The notes under the pieces were generated by a model. The model searched no databases, had not been told where the DNA came from, and saw only the letters and a program-made list of their open reading frames with translations. The translations under genes were made by a program, and so were the position numbers. Below, piece by piece: positions 39,281 through 51,675 of a DNA stretch of 64,000 nt. Every line of letters starts with the position of its first letter. Position 1 is the first letter of the stretch. Origin of the DNA: Lama glama (Eukaryota); the NCBI GenBank assembly GCA_028534125.1, contig CM052817.1, forward strand, positions 65,970,001 to 66,034,000. Direction: 5' to 3'.

Positions 39281-41779
39281 ATGGCGGGGAAAAAAAAAGT
39301 TCAGATACTAGAAAACTAAATTTTATCTATTAAAAACAGAGACACTACTCTGGTTTTTAGGAGTTGTGCCATCATACCCAGACAAAGTAAAATCTTGAAA
39401 TACTATGTTAGATGTTTACACCAAGTCTTCTGCATCTGCTACATCTGCTTATACAGATACAATGATGCATCTGCCAAATCCAGCATCTTAGCCTGATAAA
39501 GCAATGGTCAACCCTAGAAACTAGTTCTTGCTAATTTTGTCTTCCCCTTTACACTGATTTTCTGGGTGATCAATACTATGCATTAAATAAAACAACAATA
39601 AAGGTATCTTGTAGACTTTAATAACAACTGCAAACAGGAAATTGACACACTCATCTTTCCACAAGGGCAATTAATTGCAATAACGAACTGCAGATAAGCA
39701 ACTAAGCAATTATATCTAGAGACAAGAGTCAACAACAAGGCTTGCCTGCTCACTGAAGACCAAACTGAGTGTCTAGTGTGATAATCATGTGTAGGCAATT
39801 TCAGGAAACTGAATTCCTAATAAAGCTGCTGGGTGCAATTCATCATTTGTCCTTTCTACATGGATTCAGCACAGTGCGCCCAGAAAAGGTGCTCAATTAG
39901 CAGTGGAGACAAGAAAAAAATGGTGTTCATGTCCAGAGCTGCCACAAAGGATCATGCAGGTTGTGCCCTCCACCAGTACAGAGGACGCTGGTCACCTAGA
40001 CTGCCGTGTCATGGTGTGTGTAGTGTACACCTGTCCAGCCAGAGGCTGCAGCCCCGGGGAACAGCTACTAGCCTCTGATTTTTATCCCAAAGTTGAAAAG
40101 CAATCACAGTGATGGCACGTATGTGCTAAATAGCCTTAGAGATGGATATAAACTGGTAACAGGCCTACAAAGATGTGGCGTGCAGGAAGAGACAGTTACT
40201 AAATGCCAACGGACAGGTTTGATGATTTTGACCTTGCTACACGTGAACATAATATATCTGCAGCACTCGATGACAAGCTGCTAGAAGGCAGGGATTGCTT
40301 AAGCGAATGCTAACCACCAAAAGCAGTAAACACCTTTTTAATGCTGGCTCTAGTACGTGATGACTTTGCAACATTAAAACAATCCATGACAAGCACTTTT
40401 AACAACTGTTGATTCAGATATCCTTTAAAAGCCGTGCTTTCAAGGTCTGCTGGTGATTTTTACCCTCTGAAATTTGGTAAGTCAAGGGTGATTCTGAAAA
40501 GACTGCTCATTTTGCTGGGAGTGCCACGCAGCTTATCTTGAATGGAGGCAGAGACTTATCGGGCAGCCCCAAGTTGTTTGGCTCATTGCCCTTATTGCTA
40601 CAGTTTTCCAAGTAAAATCCCTTGTTTATTTTCTAGCAGTTTCTGCTCTACATCATCCTCACCACAGCCCAATTAAGAACCATAACACATGATACAACAG
40701 TGACTTTAAATGACCTGCAGACAATAATTTAGAATTTCTGGGTTACCCATTGCAATCACCAAAGAATAGTAGCCTTAAAACAAATCACTCAAAATCTCAG
40801 TTATTTAAAGCCCTCGAGACATTATTTTTTTTTCCATAATTATATAAAACTACACAAAAAACTGGAAAAATATCCTTCTGCTTCTTACTGAAAATCACCT
40901 CTAGGGATCAAAGGCCAGAACACGTGGCAAAGCACCTGCGCCGCTGAGCTTTAGCCCCCGACTCTCAAGGCTGTAATTCCTCATGACAGAACTCAGCCCC
41001 AGTTAACCACATAACAGACACGAACATCAGGCAGAACTGAAACAGAACGCAATAAACATTTTATACGTCAGTTCAAGTAATTAAATAGAACTTAACTAAC
41101 TGAAAAGGAGCTAAGAGCTGGGGCAAAGGACCAAGAGGGTGAGGGGAGAGGTGGTGGAAAAAAATGAGACTTTGACATGTGCACTGGCCACCATGCTCCA
41201 ATCAGCCTCCCACCTGACATCGATACTCGAACGTCTCCGCACCTTTCCTAGACATCAGGATTTTACTCAGAGAATCAATAGAGAAATCAGTGTATGTTTC
41301 ATCGCTCCTCGCTAGAAATTTCCTGCACAGGAATTCCTTCATCCTTCTATTTCTTGCAAAACATCTTAAGGCTCTCAAAATCCACTCAATTCACTTCAGC
41401 TCCTATTCGTTGAGCTCGTGCCATAGACCGATGTGTCAGTGACACTGACCAGAATCCCTGTCCCTCAGTAGCTCACATTCTAGGCTACTCATACTCATTT
41501 GCCATTTAATAAATCATTTTGGTATTTTGAAAAAAATGTTAAAAATTAAATCCCATTTGGGATAAGAATCAACTAGGCTACAGAAATTCTTAGATATGTA
41601 TTTGCTTGGCTTATTGATCACATTTCCCCAAGCACCTATTAATACTTATGCAAGGGCAGGTACACAGAGCAAAGTCCTGGGACAGTTGTCAGTAGCTGAC
41701 ATTCCTGCTCTGTCATGTGTGTCACCTCCTCTCCTCTCTGTATTCCTTTAAAGCCACCAGTTTTGACCTTGGACTGTGG

Positions 41780-41920
41780 AGCAGGGTGATCTATGAAGTT
41801 TTTGAAATATAGAGCTCAATTCAGACTTACCAAATAAGAATCTTAACAGCTGGGGCTTGGAAACATGTTTCTTGAAAGCCCTATGGTTGGTTCTGAGGCA
41901 CACTCCCGTTTAAGAGCAAA
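41780..41920 (+). mobile_element. MER5-like hAT fragment
   Basis: 'cagacttaccaaataagaatct...tggggcttggaaacatgtttcttgaaagccc...ggttctgaggcacac...gtttaagagc'. Confidence 0.55.
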
Positions 41921-42138
41921 CCCTTAGGAGAAGGTTAACAGCATAGGTGAAGGTTTTGGGTAAAAGAATTTCCTAAAAAGTTTTACTACCTGATCATGGT
42001 AGTAATCATAACACTGGCTAGATCTTCCTCTGCACTTAATTATCTCTCGCACTGCTGTAAACTGTCTCCCAATATTCCTTCAGTCTGCCCTTACATTAAG
42101 TATTTATTATTCTTGTCCTGCAAGAAATAAGAACATGG

Positions 42139-42279
42139 TGGGGAGGGTACATGGTCAGTAGTAGAGCACGTGCTTAGCATGTACCAGGTCCTGGGTTCAA
42201 TCTCCAGTACCTCCATTAAAAAAAAATTAAAATAAATACATAAATAAACCTAATTACCTCCCTCCCTCTGCCCCTCAAA
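42139..42279 (+). mobile_element. tRNA-derived camelid-type SINE (vic-1-like, long-tail form) inserted in a MIR
   Basis: 'ggggagggtacatggtcagtagtagagcacgtgcttagcatgtaccaggtcctgggttcaatctccagtacctccattaaaa...taaataaacctaattacctccc'. 17-bp TSD aagaaa(t/c)aagaacatgg at 42122-42138 and 42280-42296. Confidence 0.93.
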
Positions 42280-42569
42280 AAGAAACAAGAACATGGGAGG
42301 CTGAGAAACTTGCATCAAGCCTCAAAGCTCACTGATCAGCAGGGCTGGGTTCTGAACCCCGGCATGATGCTCAAGTCTCTAGTTCTGTTGCCACTTTGTA
42401 GAGGAATTTATCCTCATCATTCATTAATTTACTAACTTATTTGGTAAATAGGTGCAGATCTGAGAGACAGATGCATCTCTATTTTTCCTCAGTTATGCTT
42501 ATCATAAATATAAACAGTTGTGTAATTTGTTTCATATCCATTTCTGCTAGAAAGTAAGGATCATATGAA

Positions 42570-42672
42570 AATAAACATGTCTCTAGTTTACCCTGGCACC
42601 CCATATTTAGCACAGTGCCTAATGTGTGGCTGCACTCAATAAATATTTGTCGACCGAGTGACTGACTGAATG
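42570..42672 (+). mobile_element. L2 3' terminus
   Basis: 'tttagcacagtgcctaatgtgtggctgcactcaataaatatttgtcgaccgagtgactgactgaatga'. Confidence 0.75.
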
Positions 42673-45600
42673 AGCCAGTGAAAAGATTGTAGACTGAAGA
42701 CATGCTTTTTCTACTGGAGAAGTCATTCTTGAAAACAGACTTAACCCAGAGTGTCAATGCTCTATCCAAGTGCTAACAGAGGTCAGTGGGAGACAGGAGG
42801 AAAGAAGCTAAAACCTATCAAATCCAAATTACCACTTGATTCTCACAAGAAGCCCATGAGACAGTCAGCAGAGGTATTCTCTGCCATATGTCGTGGGCAA
42901 CTCAACGTAAGCGTGTCTGGCAATTCATGCTACAGTCCCATGCTACAGTTCCCTTGGACTGTGGAATCAGAGACCTGTTTTCAAACCTCTTTTCTGACAC
43001 TTCTAGCTTTAGCTTTAAGCAAGCTGCTTCAGATCTGTGAGCTTCAGCCAAGAGAGGCATACACTGGTCTTGCCTTCTATTCACTGATACATCCCAAGCA
43101 CTCAGAATAGTGTTGGGCATGAAGTTGGTGCTAAATTTATTACTGAATTTCAGTGCTATTAAAGGCCTTAAATATGAAAACATGTGTAGAAGTGCCCAGC
43201 ATTGTGACTAAGACATACTGTTAGTCACAGTTCCCTCGTGACTAAATATCCCTAAAATGTTATTCCTGCTTCCCCCTCCCCTTAAAATCTTGAAAGGGAC
43301 TCTCTGTCCCCCTCCTCCATTCAGATTCCTTCTGAGCCATGTGGCCCCTTCTACGGTGAGTCTTGGGAAGTGCAGACCTGTGTATTTCCATGAAATCACC
43401 TCCTTCACTAAGGCAAAGGGGGGCAGATTTCATCTTTAAATCAGGACAGGCTCTAACTTACAGCAGGAGTTCATTTGCTTTCTCATTCCCATAAGACTTA
43501 TTAAACCTAGGTCTCCAAATTTTCCTTCTTTCTAAAAGCCATGGCATCACTTTAATACATTTTATAATGATCCTATAAAAAAAGTTTACAAAACTGCAAC
43601 ACTGCATTATTACCACCATTCAGACTAATAAAACCAATTTACTACACAGCTATACATTAGATTTCCTTGCACTGAGGCACAGTTACCTGGACATTTAAAT
43701 TCAGCAGCCCCAGATTTATGATAACCCATATATACACAGATAACCCACATGCCTACTTCCCTTCTCGGACTCCTTTACCCAATTTTTGCCTCTTTGTGTA
43801 GGAGCAGAGCCACCGGGCCAGGGTGACAACATGGCTGAGAGCTGGAAGACAGATTCTGGGGACTGACAATAGCTTTTAGGACTTAAGAGAACAAGGCTTT
43901 TGTTTGGCTGATGGTTTTTGGTTGTGTGTGTGTGTAGTGGGGAGTGGGGCGTGGGCTGGGGCACGTGGAAATGTCCTGTAAGCCCAGCTACAGTGCTATC
44001 AGTAGTAACATTTGGACCTGTGGTGGGCAGCGTGTTTATTTAGCCTGTAGTAGGAGGGAGAAGGCAGCGTTTGGATGTACTACAACATCTTGCAAACCTG
44101 GTATGCTGATGAAAAAAATCCAAACTTTATGGGCCTATTTTTTGCAACAGTAAAATAAAACATTAGGTGATTCTACAGTCATACCCAGCTTTAGCAATCT
44201 GCATTTTTATTAATGGCTAAAAAACAGCGTTGATATATTTAAATTATACGCATGCATCAGGAAAGGCAGTGATGTCAGGATTTATATAGACAGAGATACA
44301 GATATAGATACAATGATAATAATCCTCTGTGAGCATAAGTTTTAAATAACAGTTTGGGGAAGAGGTTTTTTCATCCAATTTAACTTAATTAAGCTTAATT
44401 TTAATTTCTCAATCAAAGAAATTCCTGACTTAATAATTAGCTAACTGAATATAACACTATTCACAATGACCATATCAATGCTAATGATAGTATTTATTGA
44501 TGTAACAGCATTAACAAAAACACACTGAGGTATATATATATACACCATGGGTATCATTTCTCCTTTGCAGAAGAAAATCTTATATGTTAAGAGAAGGAGC
44601 AGAACCTTCAAATACTTAAGTAACAAAACAGGCAGATCCAGAATCTGAATCTAGATCAATCTAATCATATAGTCCCAGCTGTTAAACGTATGATTTTCCA
44701 AATAATGACAGATAACCATAGTGGTAATTTGATAGGATGAACGTGGAATGGACTATGGAAATGATGTTCAGAGAGTAGTTAATGCAGCTGATTTCTACTC
44801 CCCGTTCAGCTATTAACTAGCTGAATGTCCTTGTAATGAAAACAACCTCTTTGAGTCTCAGTTTCTTCGGGGGCAGAAGGAGAACTCTAGCTAGATGTTT
44901 CCTACTCTGCATGGTCTCTGGTCACATGGAAGGAAGGCATCACCCTTCTGTTAACCAGGGCCTCTCTGTTTTATATTTGGACTTATGCATAATAATGAAG
45001 CTTTGAGCAACATTTCATTAAACGACTTGTGTTGTCAACAAATAGCTTGGAAATCACTGAATCTGATGAGCTCTATATTTTTAAACTCTTGATATGTTAC
45101 AGCTCTATTAAATACTTGTGTTTTTATCAATAAGATTGGCTCTTTCAGTATTACTTGTTTAACATTAGCTCTTTTAAAGCATGAACCCAAAAGATTTTTT
45201 TTCAAGGAAGCAAAACAACCAAATCACTTGAATTAACTTTTCCCATTAAGATAGCACAGAATTAACTGAAGTTGGGAAATAAATCACCCAGCAGTAAAGT
45301 CATTGGGTGTGTTCTATTTTGTTAAAAAGGAACTTAATAAATCTTTTGTGCTTAAGTATGCTAGCAGTCTGGTTTAAATCTTCTCTAAAATATTTTCTCA
45401 GATTGAAGTGCAACATTGCTTCCTAACAACAGCAGTAAGCCATGAGTACTGTGAGTGTGACTTTTAGGACTGGAGGAATATACAGTGTACGTGCTCAGCC
45501 CTAAATATGAGATTAGACATGATTTAAAGTATGTAAAGGCAGCCTGTGGATGCCAGTTTATATGTACTTCCTGATCCAAAATCACATAAAAGGATATGCA

Positions 45601-45689
45601 GCCTAAGCCTGAGGAAGATGAGACCCTCAGCTGGCCACGAAGAACAGTGAGGCAGGGCAGGGGCAGGATGCCAGAGTGACCTACAATGG

Positions 45690-45862
45690 CCAGCAATCAC
45701 AGCGCGGACCGCGTGCCAGACGGTGCTGTGAGAGCTTTACAGGTACTAAATCACTTAATCCTCACAACAATCCTGTGAGACACACACTGAAGCACAGAGA
45801 GTGGAGGTAACCTGTACAGTCACAGAACTGGAAGGTGACGGAGCTGGGATCTGAATTAGGCA
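45690..45862 (-). mobile_element. MIR fragment
   Basis: 'gtgccagacggtgctgtgagagctttaca...cacttaatcctcacaacaatcctgtgag...actgaagcacagaga...gagctgggatctgaa'. Confidence 0.82.
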
Positions 45863-47746
45863 CCATGTTGATCGCTGGGAAGGGGTGTGCTTTGTGAAAT
45901 GGGGGTGGAGAAATCAGGGTAAGATTACAAGCTCTGAAAAATATTGGGAGACATGCAAAAGATCTAAGAAATCTCTAATGATGGAAGAAAAGGGGATGGG
46001 AATCCCTTGGAAGCAAATACTTAAAACAGGGATTGAAAGCAAGGAAATAATTGTTAGAAGAAGCTGGAATGAAACTGTCCTTGTTTTTGAAGCTGCAGAA
46101 ATCAGCAGAGGCTGACAGAAGAACAAAGCCTAACTTCTGAGAAATGAAAGGGAACTTTCAAGGTCAGAGCTTAAATTGGGACTTAGAAGCCGACCTGGGG
46201 CAGACTCCTGGGGAACAGTAACAACCAATTTTAAGTGAATGAAGCCCAGAAAAGTGATGAACAGGTAATTCTTGTACCACGCTACCTGGCTCATTTTATC
46301 AAGGAGAAAACAGGCCGGTGAGTTGAAATGACTTGTTCTGAGGTTATTCTAGCTGATGAGTCACAAGTCCACCATTCCTCTCACTGTACTCCTTAAGCTG
46401 TTTTTATCCTTAACGTTTCTTCCAGATGCAGTTCTTTTTTATGATTCTATTTGAGTATCTTCTAAAGAAGAAGTATCTAAGGAGACCAAAGGGAGTTAAA
46501 ACCATGACATGCACATGTCGATTTTTTGGGAACGCTACAGCTGTACACAGTATGAAAAGATGCGTAAACCAGGATTTGCTGTCAGTGCTAGGTGAGAACG
46601 AAGAAACTGGGACATAATCGTCTTTGGCGTAGGAAACACTTTCTATTTTCAAATTGAGAAATTTGTTGGCCAGGAAGAAACCTCAGCAAGGAGGGAAGCA
46701 GAATGCTGTTTGCTCTTCGGGCATTAATATAATGAATAAGGTTGATTCTACCACACAGGGGAGTGAGTTTGAGAAACTCAAAACAGTCTATTTTCTTCCA
46801 TTTTCCACAGGAAGTAGAAAATGGAGATCTGTGGTAGACTCCCATTAGCATTATGTGGTCTCCATAAAACCCTACTTTCTCAAGTCTAAAGACATTCAAA
46901 GGTAATTATGGGGGAAGAGGAGAGAAGTTTTCCCAGCAGTTGAATAGGGACAGTCATGGAATGGACAAACATCACGACTTGTAGGTCATTACCTCTGCCC
47001 CGCTGCCAAATATGATGTAAGAAGTAGAAGGAAGCGCCAGGTCAAGGACAAAATGAGAAGGACATTAAGGGCTTACTCTATTTAAAGGTTAGTGAGGAAA
47101 AGTGAGTTAATATGTGATCTACAGGCTGGAAAACCTCAAATCTATTGCTAAGGAATAACAGTTGTAATGCACTAAATGTATATAAATATATATTAAACTC
47201 CAATAAAGGCAATAGAAATTAAATTGCAAAATACTGACATGTTGCTGAAGTGAAATTATCAATGTTCTCCATCGTTGTGCAGAGGGAAGTAGGTGACAAA
47301 GCAAACAAGGGCAGTGGGGCATCGTGGGAGAGACCAGAGTTCTGGGCCCAACAGCGCTAACCAGCTGTGGCTGACACTGCCAGACCACATCACGCCCCAA
47401 GCCCTGCCACAGATCCATTTCATGATCCGTGAGGCTGGTAGCTGGAGGGTCTCTAAGTCTCTTCCACAAAGCAAATTAGATGACTACGACAGCAGGAAAA
47501 TAAAATCACAGAAAAAAAATTCGAATTTATTTTTAAAAGCCAAGAATTTAACAATAGGGATTGATACGGCCAGTGATCAGATACCTGAGCAAATCATTAA
47601 CCCTTAGAGGAATAACGTAAGTGCTCATTGTATTATTACTATTGTTAACATACAACTACTATAAAAATCTCCTCCCCATCCACACCAAAAACAAAACAGA
47701 ACTCTGAGAGAAAGGCCGAGACCAAATACCATCAGTAGCTACGTGA

Positions 47747-48605
47747 TGAAAGGAAAATTGCTTCACTGCTCACAACACTTCTGATACACGTGCATGGGTA
47801 TTTTTTCCTCATACCAACCACTGTTCTAACTCTCCAGACATCAACTTTAAGTCCTATAATTTAATTCAATTCTGACACTGTCTAGCTGGAGTTAGTGGAG
47901 CACTTTAGTTGCCAGTTGCAAATCATGGGTCCCCAGGGTACCTGCACTTTTGTCAGACTTGGTTACAAAGTCAGGGGGTCCCACAACCCCCTACTCCCAC
48001 TCCACATTCACTAATTTGCTGGAATGACTCACAAAACGCAGGGAAGGATTTATGTATATTTACTGGTTTGTTATATCGGACATTAAAAGGGACACAGATG
48101 AATAGCCAGATGAAGACCTACATACAGTGAGGTCTGGAAGGACCACGGGCACACGAGCCTCTGCCCCCGAGGAGTTGGGGTGCACCGCCCCCCCAGCACA
48201 TGAGTGTGTTCACCGTCTAGATGCTCTCCCAATCCTGCAGTTTAGGAATTTTTATGGCGGCTTCATCACATAGACACAACAGACTATTTACTCAGTCTCC
48301 AGTGCCTTTCCCTTCCCCCGACGATGGGGGCTGAGGCTGAAAATTCCAAGCTTCTAATCATGGCTTGGTCTTTCCGGTGGCCAGCCTGATCCTGAGTGAA
48401 GCTCTCCAGGAACCCACCAGGAGTCGCCTCATTAGAATGAAGGATGCTCCTATCACCCAGGAAATTCCAAGGGATTTAGGAGCATAGCGCTATATAAGAT
48501 GCTTCTATCTCTCTCATTACTCGGGAAGTTGTAAGGATTTTAGGAGCGCTGGTTTAGGAATCTGGGGCAGAGACCAAAAATATATTTCTTATTATGTCAT
48601 AGCGA
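47747..48605 (-). mobile_element. MER21-type solo LTR
   Basis: Right end 'ggggcagagaccaaaaatatatttcttattatgtca' is the reverse complement of the MER21 5' end. Internal 'aattcaattctgacactgtctagctggagttagt' and 'cccaggaaattccaagggatttaggagc'. Left end 'tgaaaggaaaa...ctcacaacacttctga'. Confidence 0.9.
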
Positions 48606-49769
48606 TATATCAGAATATTTTACTTAAAATTCACAAATCCATTCCCTTTTACCATGCTTTTTTTTAGCTACAATAGAATTATTCAAACTAAAAAGCAGTC
48701 AATTCAACCTATTAGTTATAGCAGAAGACTGAAAAGAGGATATACTTAAAGAAAAAATGTGTTGGTGAAACTGCCCTTCTGTATTTTAAAGAAAAAAGAA
48801 ATACATGTGTGGGGAAGGGTAGGGGAACTTCAGCTCTAACAATACAGATTAGGCTGTTAATGACAGAGGTCATTCTAGTTATTGAAGAACTCACCAAAAT
48901 GTTTTCTTTCAGAATCAGGGGTTCTGAAATGTCCAGGAAACCATCATACGGTGGGAAGTGAACTCACACAATAACAAAAGTTGGGGTTATCAGTTACTTT
49001 CACACAGAGGTGTTTTTAAAGGGTGGCAGGAGGAAACTGGATAAGGTTAATGAAGTATCTAATCATGGTATTCGTTTTGAAGTCATGTCATATGTACTTT
49101 GAGTAAGAAACACATTTATAGACTCAAAACTGAAAAGGGCTTTGAGATCATCCGGAATAGCCTTCTCATGAATTACAGGAAGAAATTGTTGTTAGAACCA
49201 GCAATACCTCTCTGGATTCCTGATTCACAGTCCTTTATTCTTTCCCTCCCCTTTTATACAATACTTTTCACCAACATCATTATTTCCATCATCCCTTTTG
49301 TGTTAGGCTCAGAGAAAGATATTCTTTCAGTATGATAATGACAAGGAGATCTTAAACACAACAACCATACTTCGCTTTGGGACTAAAACAAATGTCAAGG
49401 AACTCATATATGAGTCAGATAAAAGGTGGAATTCACCTGATGAGAAAGCACACCAAATATGCCAAGAAAAAAGTCTGTATAAATTCCTTGAGTTGAATTT
49501 TTGAATTGTCTACCACAAATTATTTTTGTGATTTCTGATGTGCACCAAAAAGCAAATATGAAATAAACACTGAACAAATCACCAAGAGTTGGATGTTTCT
49601 TACCAAAAATGACTGTTAAATTTAGCAGACAAAATAAGACAACTATGACCGTGACCATCATTGTCCAGTGTACAGAGAGAGAAATAATTTTTTTCCTTGC
49701 TAAATATAAACATAGTTATCTACCCATGTACAGAAAGTTTGGTGGCATGAGTGTATAAACATCAATATT

Positions 49770-49995
49770 AGTGGTGATAAATGATAATTTTTGTTTACAG
49801 AGTTCCTACTATGTCTCAGGAATTGTGTGAAGAGCTTTCTAAACATTGCCTCAAGCCTCACAGCAGTGTAAGTTTGAAATTATTTCAACCATTTCTACAG
49901 ATGAGTAAATGCAGAGGGCTGTGTGAGGTAACTTGTCAGCAGCAGGATGAAAACTTACCTCTGTTTGATTCTAGAGCCCACGTTTTTTTCACCAG
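49770..49995 (-). mobile_element. MIR fragment
   Basis: 'cctactatgtctcagg...gcctcacagcagtgtaag...ccatttctacagatgagtaaatgcag...tgtttgattctagagccca'. Confidence 0.75.
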
Positions 49996-50299
49996 GTTAC
50001 ACAGTCTTACCCTGACAACATTCCCATAACATACAGAATGCAGAAGTTTCTTGAAAAAAATTTGGAGCCCAATATCGAACCCATCCATGCTCCATTTCAA
50101 TTTTACTTTCTACACAAATGTCCAATTTTTCTTATTTGCCTGTAGCCTGGGGAATTACTTAATAGCTTTAGCAATAAGCCTTGCTTAAACAGAAGATCAA
50201 AATCTGCTCAAAAAGAAACCTCATATTTACATTAAAAATGTATTTAATATCATGATCATCACTGACTCTTAATGTACTCTCTCTGATAAATACAGTCAC

Positions 50300-51605
50300 A
50301 CTGTCTCCCCTGGACCCTTACTGGATAGACTGCTGATACAGCGCTCCCTTTCCTGAGGGGACATCTGACAGCTCCCTGATTCTTTTGGTCAATCACAATC
50401 CTTATTTGGCTATAGCATTTCCTCTCTTTCCCTCCACCACTCTAAACTGGACAACCCATTATGAATCAATCCCAAAACCAATTCCAGTCTATCCTTGAAA
50501 GGGTCATGCTAGTTTCCATCATAATTTTACCCCTGGCCCCTTTCTTGAAATGAGCATTTGTCATTACCTAGCCATTACTAAATTCAACATAAAACTCCCC
50601 AGCTGTGACAGGTCCCCCAGACATCCCTCATATAAATGGAAATGTCTCCATTAGTTCTTCCAGCTGAATTTCTCAGATTTGACCCAACCACACACAAACC
50701 ATGTTTGGTCACCCTCTGCTAATGGACAATTATTTCTATGACCCCTGGCTACCTGCTGATAATTCTTACTTTGTGAACCCAAGCCTATTTGGCTGCTACC
50801 AGCCAACTGCACTGGCTTTGCTAACTCACCAAGCTTACCAGTCCCTTGATCATAGTCAATGCTATGATCTTCTTCCCTTCTTGAACTATCTCTAGGACAA
50901 TCTTCTTCCCTTCTTGAACTATCTCTAGGACAATCACCCAACCCCTCCAGTTCCCCTCACTCTCACTGTAGAAACCAGAGAGGAGTCTGGGACATTACAG
51001 GTCCCCTTATAGGTGATCTCCGTTCCTGGTGAGCTGATTTAGAAAAAACAGCCACAGAATTGGTCCTAAGCTCCACTCAAGACCTCACCACGTTTGGGGA
51101 GACGTTTGCCACCTGTTGGGCATCACTCTAAAGAATAGACTGCCTGGCTGCAGAAGACTGACTCAGCCAGAGTCAACTACTCACTGCTGAAGCAGTTCAC
51201 ATTGTCCTGGGACAGCATCACCACTGACCTCAAATCTGTGACTTGCAATTACAAGAAAGCCAGAACACTGTCATCTAAAACTGTATCACCCTGGATAGGG
51301 AGGGAAGTGACTTCTGCACCTTTGTCCCAGGAATGTAACTGATGTCTCTGTCATAATAGGAAGGTTCATGAGGCAAATGAAAAATTCCTTGCAGGAAAGA
51401 TGGCAGGTTCTGGGACTTCTTCTGGTGAATCCCTGAAAGCCTATGAAGTTGGGCACATAGATTGATCTGGTCTATAATCCGTCTTTTTATCTTCCTAACA
51501 GGATCCCTCTCACTAAATGTCTGGGTTACACAGTACAGCAGTTGGCAACCGTCGCCATGTCTCAACAAACGGTCCAGCTGGTCTTTGACGAACAAAAGGT
51601 GACAA
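50300..51605 (+). pseudogene. env: Decayed class I (gamma-type) endogenous retrovirus env, with many stops and frameshifts
   Basis: Manual translation gives motifs in correct env order: TQAY/LPANCTG (50777-50816), RNQR|GVWDITG (50970-51002), heptad-like LKQFTLSWDSITTDLKSV / LQLQESQNT, VI*NCITLD (51270-51296, ISD-like), DFCTFVP then NVT, and FWDFFW..SWAHRLIWSIIRLFIFLTG (51408-51503). Confidence 0.8.
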
Positions 51606-51660
51606 ACAAAAAATAGACTTATATTGTTCAGAGAGAAACAAAATGTTTCTTCCTTCCTTT

Positions 51661-51675
51661 AATAAGAGGAGGGAC
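51661..51675 (+). other. Retroviral polypurine tract
   Basis: aataagaggagggac lies immediately 5' of the TG that starts the LTR. Confidence 0.85.

Noticed and set aside
42140..42215. tRNA gene (A and B boxes, GGTTCAA)
   Set aside because: It is followed by an A-rich tail and flanked by a TSD, and two related copies occur in the window. It is a SINE head, not a tRNA gene.
44387..44400. 14-bp palindrome aattaagcttaatt and similar short inverted repeats near 21515 and 25277
   Set aside because: Short palindromes like these are expected by chance in AT-rich DNA, and no extended hairpin is evident.
47747..48605. MER21 LTR as the 5' LTR of the env-bearing provirus
   Set aside because: It is a different family, on the opposite strand, and shows no similarity to the LTR at 51676-52045.
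50701..50895. 64-aa ORF as a functional captured env product
   Set aside because: The recognisable env motifs fall in other frames and are broken by stops and frameshifts. There is no signal peptide or continuous ORF.
50867..50935. CRISPR-like repeat
   Set aside because: Only two adjacent units with no spacer, in mammalian DNA. It is a simple tandem duplication.
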